NCBI GenBank assembly: GCA_014905635.1
Contig: JABVCE010000016.1
Coordinates: 124,001-188,000 of the forward strand
Length of the DNA: 64,000 bases
Source of the DNA: Scenedesmus sp. PABB004
Lineage: Eukaryota
Direction: 5' to 3'
In this document: positions 1 to 9,315 of the stretch, piece after piece
Numbering within the stretch: the stretch's first letter is position 1
How the letters are laid out: each line of letters starts with the position of its first letter
Notes under the pieces: generated by a model
The model's input: only the letters and a program-made list of their open reading frames with translations
What the model was told of the DNA's origin: nothing
The model's database searches: none
Made by a program: the position numbers and the translations under genes

Positions 1-228
1 CTCAATCTCGGTCGGGCTGCGCGCCGCGCCGCCCTCCACCTGCCCGAGGCGCGCAAGGTCCGCGGCAATGGAGCCGCTGGCGGGGCGATCGCCGCGGTCG
101 CGTGGCGGCGACGCCGCGGCCGCCGACGCCGCGATCCTGCGCGCTGCGGCGGCGGCGGCGGCGACAGCGGCGGGGCGCGCCGCCGCCGCCGCGCGCGCGG
201 CGAGGGCGAGGGCGGGCAGGGCCACCAT
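1..228 (-). CDS. Possible 5' end of a gene running off the left edge (Ala/Arg-rich, transit-peptide-like N-terminus)
   Basis: ATG at 228 opens [22 protein letters not shown]...GQVEGGAARSPTEIE, open to position 1; no recognisable domain. Confidence 0.3.
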   Translation of the reverse strand, partial: MVALPALALAARAAAAARPAAVAAAAAAARRIAASAAAASPPRDRGDRPASGSIAADLARLGQVEGGAARSPTEIE

Positions 229-531
229 GATCGTGGCGGGCTGGGGGCGGTGGGCGGGCTGCTGCACTCTCCGCGCTCGCGCGCCGGGCTCGGCAGCAGC
301 GGCGGCGGCCTTGTGCTCGCGCGTGCGTGCGTGCAGTGGCTGGGCGCTGCCGAGGCGGCGTGGGGCGTGTGCAGGCCGCGCCGCGGCGTCGGGGCGCGGT
401 GTGGGCACCGCCGCCGCCGCAACGCGCGCGCGCTGGGCCCAGGACTTAACGCGCGGCGTGTTGCAGCCGCGCCCCGCGCACGCAGGGGCGTCCGGGGTAA
501 AAGAAGTGGCGCGCAGCGGCGCACCGCCAAC

Positions 532-2779
532 TCACGCGGGCGTGCCGGGCCTGCCCGCGCTGCGCCGGCGCTTGCCGCCGCCGCCGGGCGCGCCGGCCGC
601 TTCTGCAGCGGCCGCCGCGTCGCCCGCGGCGCCGTCCGCGTCGCACGCGTCGCCCAGCGAGCGCTTGCGCGCGCTGCGGCGCGCCGGCGGCGCGGTCGGC
701 GATGGAGCCGCGCCGCCCGCGCCGCCGCGCGGCGCGCGCTCCCCGCCCTTGCGCTCCTGCTCATTCGCCGCGCCCGGCTGCACCCGCCGCTCCGCCGCGC
801 CGCCGCGGGGGCTGCGCGCCGGCCGCCGCGCGGCCGCGGGCACGGGCGCCGCGCCGCCGCCGGCCCCCGCGCCGCGCCTGCGCCCGCCCGGCGCCGCCTC
901 GTCGTCGCTGCCGGCGCCCGGGCACTCGCCGTTGGCGCTGCTGCTGCGCGCGCGCCGCGACCGCGCGCCGAGCGAGGCGGTCCCGCCCTCGACACAGCCG
1001 CTCGAGTGCTGCTCCGCGGGGGCGGCAGGGGCCTGCTGGCGCTCCCGCTCCGTCTGCTCCGTCTGCTGCTGCTGCTGCGCCGCCCGCGCATCCTGCTGCT
1101 CCGGCTCCTCGCTGCCCTCCCCCGCCGCGCGCTTGGCGCGCCGGCGGCGCGGCTTCGACGCCGCCGCCGCCGGCGGCACCGCCTGACCGTCGCTGCCCGC
1201 GCCCAGCACGAGCTGCAGCCCCGGCAGGCGCCGGCTGACGGGCTCGCCGGCGCCGGCGGCGCCGCCCTCGCCCTCACCCTCGCCCGAGGGCGGCCAGAGG
1301 CCGTTGGCGGCCATCACCGCGCGCACGGCGGGCTTGCGCGCGAGCGAGCGCCGCACGGCCACAATCTCGGCCTCGTCCCGGTAGCGGCTGCGCGGCTCGA
1401 TCGTTGGGATGCGGCTGCCGTACGCCGCCAGCACCGCGAGGTCGCGCGCGTGCACCGCCTGACGCGACGCGGCGCGCGGCGCGGGTCAGGTCAGGTCGGC
1501 GGCGGCGGCGCGGGCGCGGCCGCGCACGGCGCGGCGCGCTGCGGGCCTCCACGCGCGCGCGCGCGCGCGGTCGGGACGCCGGAGCCGCCCCCACCTGGCG
1601 CAGGTCCTCGTACTGCCCCACATAGAGGTACTTGAGGCCCTGGGCGCACAGGAAGACCTGCGAGCGCGCGGGCGCGGGCGCGCGCGGGCTCGGCGCGCGC
1701 CGCGCAGGGCCGCGGCGGCGAGGGCGGCGCGCGCAGGCGCGCGCCGCGCGCACCTGCCACTTGCCCTCGCCGCGCGGCTTGATGCCGGGCAGGTGCGCCC
1801 CGAGGCCGGCGCCGCCGGAGGAGGCGGCGGCGGGAGCGCCGCCGGAGGACGCGGCGGCGACGGCAGGCGCCGTGCCGGCGGGCGCCGCGCCGGCGGGCGT
1901 CTCGCGGGCGGGCGCCTCCGCCGGCGCCTCCTCGCCCGCGCCGCCGCTGCTGCCGTGGCTGCTGCCGCGCGTGCGGTGGGGGTGGGGGCTGCCCGCGGCG
2001 CTGGCGCGGCGGCTGCCCGCGTCGCTGCCGCGCGGCGCGGGCCGGGCCCCGCCCCGGCGGGGCGCCGCCGCCGCGGCGCCGGCGGGGCTGCTGCGCCGCG
2101 GCGCGGCGCGCGGCCGGCTGCTGCCGGCGGTCGACGCGGTGGACGCGCGGCGCGGCGCGGGCGCCGCCGCCGACCCCGCGCCGAGCACGGCCTCGGCGAC
2201 GCACTCCCCGGCTGCGCCGGCAGGGGCGCGGTGCGTGCTGCTGAGCTTGTGGATCGCCAGCGCGGCCACGCGCGTCGCGGCGTCGCAGCCGCCGCGCGCC
2301 GCCGGCGCCGCCGGCCCGTGCTCGGCCGCGGCGCCGGCGCGCGGGGCGCTGCTGCGCTCGTGGTCGAGCGCAGCCGCGGCTGGAACAAACGCCGCCGCAG
2401 CGGCGGCGGGATCGGCCGCCGCCGGCGCGGCCAGCCACGTCAGGGCGCTGCCCGCGGCCGCAGCGCTGGGCTGCTGCTGCGCGCCGGCGGAGACGGCGGC
2501 GGCCGCCGCCGCCGCGGGCCACGCCCCGGGCGCGCGCGGCCCCGGGCTCAGCGCCTCGTCGTCGCCGATTGCCTGCGCCGTCTCCAGCAGCAGCAGCAGG
2601 CCGCTGAAGTCGTCTTGCGACCCCGCGGGCTCGCGCAGCGCGCCGCCGCGCCGCGCCGCCGGCTCCAGCGCGCCCGGGTGCACGCCGTAGGTGGAGAGGC
2701 CGCTGTGCGCCTCCACGGGCGCCGGAAGGTGTTGTTGCTTGCCCCCCTGCGCAGCCTGGGCCTGGCCGGCGTGCAGCAT
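532..2779 (-). CDS. Divergent AP2/ERF-domain protein, 3 exons (2779-1754, 1657-1595, 1458-532)
   Basis: Two GT-AG introns join LPGIKPRGEGKWQ|VFLCAQGLKYLYVGQYEDLRQ|AVHARDLAVLAAYG, matching the AP2 pattern (G-V/I-R/K...G-K-W...L/V-G-x-F/Y...A-A-x-A-x-D); 3' end uncertain. Confidence 0.7.
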
Positions 2780-3330
2780 CGCGACCGCCCCGCGGCCCCG
2801 GTCTGCGCTGGCTCTCTGGCGCGCTGTCGTGTGGCTTAAGCTACGCAAGCTCCAGCGGCTGACCGGCCACGACGGCCCTGCGTGCGCCAGGCGCCCGGGC
2901 CGCGGGCTGTTGCCGCCGTTGCGGACCGCCCCGCCCGGTCCAGAGCACCGCGGTGATCTCTAGAGTTGTCACAGGGCAGCGGAGGGGCGGGCGATCGAGG
3001 TCGTCGGGCGGGCGGGGAGCGGTCAAGGCAGCGGTCGGGGCGGGCCCGGGGACCGCAAAAAACTGCCGGCGTCTCGCGCACCTCTCCCTCCGCGCCGCGC
3101 GAGTGGCGCGAGTGGGGGCCAAGCTGGCCCAGTGCGGTCACAAAGCTGCTGGTACGGTGCCGCCGCGGCCGGGGAGTGCGGCGCGCGAGCAGCAGCAGCG
3201 CGGGCGGTCAACGCAGCCCCCGGCGCAGCGTGGGAGCGGATCGGCGCCGCTCCGACGAGCGCAGCGCGGGTGCGGCCGTGACGGGCGCTGGGTGCTTCGA
3301 TGCGCCGCGAGCGCCCGCGCCGCCCGCCGC

Positions 3331-3360
3331 TCAGCGCGCGGCGCTGTCCAGGCGCGCCCG

Positions 3361-3411
<51 letters not shown>

Positions 3412-5500
3412 CTCGCCCTCGCCCTCGCCCTCGCCCTCGCCCTCGCCCTCGCCCTCGCCCTCGCCCTCGCCCTCGCCCTCGCCCTCGCCCTCGCCCTCGC
3501 CCTCGCCCTCGCCCTCGCCCTCGCCCTCGCCCTCGCCCTCGCCCTCGCCCTCGCCCTCGCCCTCGCCCTCGCCCTCGCCCTCGCCCTCGCCCTCGCCCTC
3601 GCCCTCGCCCTCGCCCTCGCCCTCGCCCTCGCCCTCGCCCTCGCCCTCGCCCTCGCCCTCGCCCTCGCCCTCGCCCTCGCCCTCGCCCTCGCCCTCGCCC
3701 TCGCCCTCGCCCTCGCCCTCGCCCTCGCCCTCGCCCTCGCCCTCGCCCTCGCCCTCGCCCTCGCCCTCGCCCTCGCCCTCGCCCTCGCCCTCGCCCTCGC
3801 CCTCGCCCTCGCCCTCGCCCTCGCCCTCGCCCTCGCCCTCGCCCTCGCCCTCGCCCTCGCCCTCGCCCTCGCCCTCGCCCTCGCCCTCGCCCTCGCCCTC
3901 GCCCTCGCCCTCGCCCTCGCCCTCGCCCTCGCCCTCGCCCTCGCCCTCGCCCTCGCCCTCGCCCTCGCCGCGCTCGCTCGCCACCGCCGCGGCGAGCGCG
4001 GCCACGTACGCGTGCTGCAGCCAGAGCATCAGCGACCAAAACCCCAGCAGGTAGAGTTTTGGACGCTGATGCTCTGGCTGCAGCACGCGTACGTGGCGTA
4101 CGCGTACGTGGCGTACGCGTGCTGCAGCCAGAGCACCACGATGCTCTGGCTGCAGCACGCGTACGTGGCCGCTGATCAGCGACCAAAACCCCAGCATCAG
4201 GGTCCAAAACTGCACCTGCTCGCTCAGCAGCGCCGCTGCCGCTGCGGCCTGCTCGCTCAGCTGGGCGGCGCGCTGCGCGCTGTTGCGGCGGCGCGTTGCC
4301 GCAGCGGCAGCTCCCACGGCCCGCCTCTGCTCTGTGATCGAACGCGCAACCAGGTGCGCCGGCAGCGGCTCGCCCGGGTGCTGCGGGCGCGCGGCGCGCG
4401 GCGCGGCGCGGCAGGGCTCGGCGCCGACCGCCGGCGGCAGCGGCGTGGCCGCCGCGCGCGCGCGCAGGGCGCAGCTCACGCTGGCGGCGTAGGCAGCGGC
4501 CAGCTTGGGCTCGAGGTCGCGGTACCACCGCCTGGACACAGCGTCCACGGTCCTGTCGCGGCGGCGGGGTTGAAGCGACAGGGCCGAGGGCAGCGTGTTG
4601 ACAGCAGCCGCGGGCGCAAGAAGCCGCGGGGCGCGAGCGCAGCGGCGGCGGCGCCCACCTGTTGGCGAGGCCGGGCGGCAGGCCCTTGAGCGCGAGCGCG
4701 GTCACGGTCATGGACGAGCCGGCGCCGTACTCGCCGTGCTCAACGTCTGAGCGCGAGAGGCAGCGACGAGAGCGCAGCGCGCTCAGCGGCGGCGACGGGG
4801 CGGCGCCGCCCGGCCCGCTCGCACGCGACGCGCGGCGCGCGGCGCGCGGCCCGGTGCTCACTCTCGGCCGTGAGCGGCGTGAGCAGCTGCTTGGCGGCGA
4901 GCATGGCCTCCTGGCCGAAGCCGGCCAGGTCGTACAGGCTGCCCAGGCCGGGCAGGTAGCTGGCCACGCTCGCGCTGCTCAGCAGCGCCGGGGGCACGCC
5001 GCAGACCAGGCGCCCGTCGCCCGCGCGCTTGGACGCGCAGAGCGCGAGGTAGCCGCAGTAGGCCGCGGGCATGTCCCGCCACAGGCGTCGGCGCTGCGGC
5101 GGCCGCACGCGCGTGCAGCACGCGCGCGCGCCGCGCGCGCCGCCGCGCGTCGCTGCCGCGGCTGGCACGGCCCCGCCGCACCGCCCCCGCGCACCAGGCC
5201 TGGTGCCTGGTGCCCTAGGGCCTTGGGGCCGCCGTTCTCGCCGCGCACTTCGACTTCGAGGGGTCCAGGCGCGCGACGACCGTGGCGGTCTTGAGCTGCG
5301 CGACCTGCTGCGACTGCAGCTGCGCGAGCCCCGCTGGCCCTGAGCAGCTGTTCGTGCCCTGGCTGGCCTGGCTGGCCTGGCTGGCCTCCGCCAGGGCCAG
5401 GCACGCGTGCTCGAGCGCGGTGTCGAGCACGCGGAGCGACTGGCCAGTCGCTCCGCGTGCTCGACATCGCGCTCGAGCACAAGCAGCGCGAGGACGCCGT
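3331..5500 (-). CDS. Hypothetical spliced orphan gene, possibly degenerate, ending in (GE)n/poly-G
   Basis: Coding-like exons bounded by splice signals: ..LKTATVVARLDPSKSK | LWRDMPAAYCGYLALC..LLTPLTAE | DVEHGEYGAG..GLAN | RTVDAVSRRWYRDLEPKL..QVQFWTLMLGFWSL; start not resolved; no family recognised. Confidence 0.4.
3361..3966. repeat. (GCC)16 followed by a perfect (GCCCTC)93 microsatellite
   Basis: Read directly: GCC run 3361-3408, GCCCTC units 3409-3966 (558 bp), no mismatch seen. Confidence 0.95.
4001..4165. repeat. Two adjacent hairpin-forming inverted repeats built from the same sequence
   Basis: 4001-4042 pairs with 4056-4097 (42 bp, 1 mismatch); 4112-4135 pairs with 4142-4165 (24 bp). 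Confidence 0.9.
5407..5480. repeat. 74-bp loopless palindrome
   Basis: 37-bp arms centred on TGG|CCA (5443/5444), one mismatched pair. Confidence 0.9.
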
Positions 5501-6119
5501 GCACGCAGCGGCGACGCCGGAGGGGCGGGCGTCATGACGGGGAGGCGGGGGAGGCCGCCGGCGGCGGCGGCGGCCCGCGGTGCAGCGCGGCCGGCGGCGG
5601 CGCAGGCGCTTGAACAGCGGCTGGCTTCTCCGGGGCGGCCGTGGGGAGGGGATGGCGACGCAGGGCTCTTGGTCCGCCCCACGCCGGCCCCGCGGCAGCG
5701 GCGGGCGCGCCGCGCTGCGTCGAGCGCGCGAAGCAGCGGCGGCGCCGCCGCCGAGCGGCGCCCCGGCGCGCCAGCGCACCTTTGAGCCTCGACGCGGGGC
5801 CGGGCGCGTGCCCAAACGATCGGCAGGCGGCTGTGCGGCGGCTCGACGAGGCTCAAAGGTGGCGGCGGAAAGCGGAAGTGATCGCACCGGCCGCGACGGC
5901 GCTCGTGCGCCCTAGGAGCGCGCCTGGTTGCGCGGAGTGCTCCTCCAAAGCGCGATCGACGCCGGGCTGCGCGGCGGTGCTGCAAGGGCGGGTGCGTCTG
6001 CCAAACCGCAGCCCGCGCCGCGCCGGCCGCGCAGCGCCGGCACGCCCGCACGGGCCCAGCAGCAGCAGCAGCCCGCAAAATCCAGCCCCTTCGACGTCCC
6101 ACGGAGCGCTGGGCGCGTC

Positions 6120-6124
6120 TTACA
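6120..6124 (-). promoter_or_regulatory. TGTAA poly(A) signal of the PLATZ gene
   Basis: TTACA on + strand about 100 bp past the PLATZ stop; TGTAA is the established chlorophyte signal and rare in this GC-rich DNA. Confidence 0.55.
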
Positions 6125-6221
6125 CGGCGCGCAGCTGCCGCCCGGCCCGGCGGCGCGGCAACTCAATGCCCCGCCAGACTCGCCTCCCGCCGCCTACAAT
6201 CCAGGCTCCCAGACACCCTGA

Positions 6222-6680
6222 TCATGCCAGGCTGGCGCGCAGCGGCGTGACCGCCTTGCGCCGGTGGCTGCCCGTGCTGCGCATGCTGTGGTCGCTGTCG
6301 TTGCCGTCGCCGATGCCGTCCGCGCCGCCGCGCCCGCCGCCGGCCGTCGGCGGCGTGGCGCTCGCGCTCGCGGCGCCGCCGCCGGAGCGCGCGCGGCGGC
6401 GCCCGCGGCCGCGGCCGCCGCGCGCGGGCGTGGCCGACGCAGCGTGGCCGGCGCCTGCGGCGGGCGCGCCGTCCCAGGAGCGGCTGCGCCGCGCAGCAGC
6501 AGGCCGCGCTGCCGCCGAGCCGCCCGCGGCGCCCGCGGCGCCCGCGGCGCCCGCGGCGTCGCTCAGCGCGCTGCCGCCGCCGCGGCCGCCGCCGAGCCCC
6601 GCCGAGTGCGCCTCGCCGAGCGGTGCCGCTGGGTGCGGGGCGTGGCCGTCGCCCAGCGGCGGCAGAAGGTGGTGTCCGTG

Positions 6681-6711
<31 letters not shown>

Positions 6712-9274
6712 AGGGCGGGCAGCTGGTGGTGGTGGCCCAGGTGCGCGGCCGCGGCCGCGGCCACCGCGGCGCCCGGCGGCAGCGGCGGCGTGGTCGCCCT
6801 GCCGGCGCCGCTGCCCGGCATCGCCGGGTGGCGGGCCGAGCGCGCCGGCGCGCCAGGCAGGCCCGCCGCGGCGAGAGGCTCCGGCACCGCCTGCGCCTGC
6901 GCCTGCGCCTGCGCCGGAGCGCTGTGCGGGCGCGACGTGCCGGCAGCGGCGTCGGCAGGCGCGGCGCCGGCGCCCGTGGCCGCGGTGTCGCCCTCCGCGG
7001 CTGCCGCCGCCGCCTCGGCCTGCGCGCCCGGCGGCCGCCGGCTGGTGGGGGTGGGCGCGCCGCCGCGGCTGGGCGGGCCCCCCTGCTTCTGGGAGCAGCT
7101 GTCCGAGAGGTCGCCTGCCCTGATGCCATCCTCGTCGCCCGGCAGGCCCGCCAGGCCGTCCGCCGCCGGCGCCGGCTGCGGCGCGCCCGGGGCGGCGCCC
7201 GCTGCCACGGCGGCGAGCTGCTGCTGCTGCGCCAGGTCGCCCGCCGCCGGCACGAGCCTCACGTCCGAGCCCTCCAGCCGCAGGTGGTGCCGCGAGCCGC
7301 GCCGCACGCGCACGCCCCAGGGCGGCAGCACCACCTCGGGGCGCGCCACGCCGTCGCAGGCGCCGATCGCGATCGGCGCCTGCGCGCCGATCGGCGCGCC
7401 GGCGCCGCCGCTGGCCGCGGCAGCACCGCGCCGCCTGCGGCCCGCGCCACGGCCGCGGCCGCCGGCGCCGCCGCCCGGGGCGTCACCAGGGCCAGTCCCA
7501 AACGTCGGGCTGGCCGCAGCCGTCCCAAACCCCGGCGGGTGCGGCGAGCGAGGCTGCGGGAGGGGCGCCGCCAGCCCCGCCCGCCCGCCAAACCCCGCCA
7601 CGCCATCGCCCGCGACGTCAAGCGCCGCCCAGAGCCAGGCCGCTCCGGGCGCGCCGTCCGCGCCGGCGGGGGCTGGCAGGAGCTGCCCGCCGCCGTCGGA
7701 GCTGCCGCGCTTGCCCCAGCCGCCGCCGCCGCCGCCGTTGCTGGAGCGCCGCCCGCCCGGCGGCGCGGCCGGCACGAGCAGCGGCGCGGCGCCATGGCCG
7801 GGGCCGGCGCCGCGGGCGCCCAGCTCGAGGAGCGCGCGCTCCAGCTCGGCCTGCGCCGCAGCGGCCCCGCCCAGGTGCTGCGGCACGCTCGGCAGCGCGC
7901 CGAGCGCCGGCGGCTGGCCCACGAACAGGCTCGGCGGGGGCGCCGGCTGGCCCGCAAACGCGGGCGGGCCGCGCCCTGCCGCCGCCGCCACCGCGCCTGC
8001 GGCGAGGCCCGCGGCGACCGCCGCGCTGTAAAACTCGCGGACCGCCTCCTCACTGGTGGCGGGCCGCGCCGGCGAGGCCGGCGCGGCCAGGCCGCAGAGG
8101 CCGCCGGCGCCGAGGCCCGCGCCAAGACCAAGACCGAGACCGAGCCCCACGCTGGGCGCCGGCAGCGGCGGCGTGCACGTGGCGAGCCGGCTGTGCTGGT
8201 AGTCGGCGGCCGCCGCGGCGGGCGCGCGGCCGGGGCCGGGGCCGTCCAGGCACGCCGCCCAGGGCCCTCCGACCGGGCGCTGCGCAAAGCCGGGCTCCTC
8301 TGCCGCCGGCGGCACTGCCGCCGCAAACAGTTCGGCCGCGGCCCAGCCCTCCAGGCCCGGGCCCGCGGCGGCGGCGGCCTCGGCCGCGGCGGCCGCCTGG
8401 ACGCCCGCCACCGCCTCGGCCTCGTCCGGCGGCTCGCCGCCGCCCGGCCGCTCGGGCGCCGCGTCGACGCCCAGCCGGCTGCGCTTGCGCGCGCCGCCGC
8501 GCGACGCCGCGCGGCGCCGGGCGCCGCGGCCTGGCGCCGGGCTGTCGGCCGCCGCGCCCTGGTCCGCCTGCTCCGCCTCTGCGTCCATGGCCTCGGCCTC
8601 CTCGGACGCCGCCGCGGCCACCACGGCCAGCGCCTCGAGCGCGGCGCCGCCGCTGCCGAAGCCAGCCGCGCCGGCCGCCGCGCGCTCGCGCAGCCCGCCG
8701 GCGCCGGCGACGCGCGGCGCGGCGGTGCGCTGGCGCGAGCCGGAGCGCTTGCGGGCGGCGCCGCCTCGGCGGGGCTGGTCGTCGTCGTCGCTGCTGACCC
8801 CGGTGTCGCCCCCGGCGCCGGCAAGACCCTCCGACTCGCTGCTGGGCTCGCCGCCGCCGCCGCCGCGCCGGGCGCGGCCCCGCCCGGCGCCGCCCTTGGC
8901 GGCGCGGCGCGCGCCGCTGCTGGGCCTGCTGCGCGCGCGCGCCTTCTTGGGGGGCTGCTGCGCCTGCTCCTCCCCGCCCTCGTCGCCGCCCTGCTGAAGC
9001 TGCTGCTGCAGCCCCAGCGCCGCGCCGCCGCCCGCGCGTGGCGCGGCCGCCGCGGCGCCGCGCTTGGCCCGCTGCCCGGCGACGCGCCGACGCTGACCTG
9101 GCCGCGGAAGAGCTCCGCCACCTCCCGGCTGACCCGGGCCAGGCTGACCTCCTGCTGCTGCTCCTCCTCCGGCTGCTCCTGACCCGCCGGCTCCCGCTTC
9201 ACCTGCGCGGCCGGTGCGCTCGCGGCGGCGCCCGTGGCAGCGGCGGGCGCCTCGCCCTTGCCGCCGCGGGCCCT

Positions 9275-9315
<41 letters not shown>

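Noticed and set aside
2966..4054. Plus-strand extensin/pherophorin gene
   Set aside because: No signal peptide or globular domain seen; the SP reading derives only from a perfect microsatellite
4001..4216. CRISPR-like or tRNA-like repeat array
   Set aside because: Copies are inverted and irregular, with no unique spacers, cas genes or cloverleaf; context is eukaryotic
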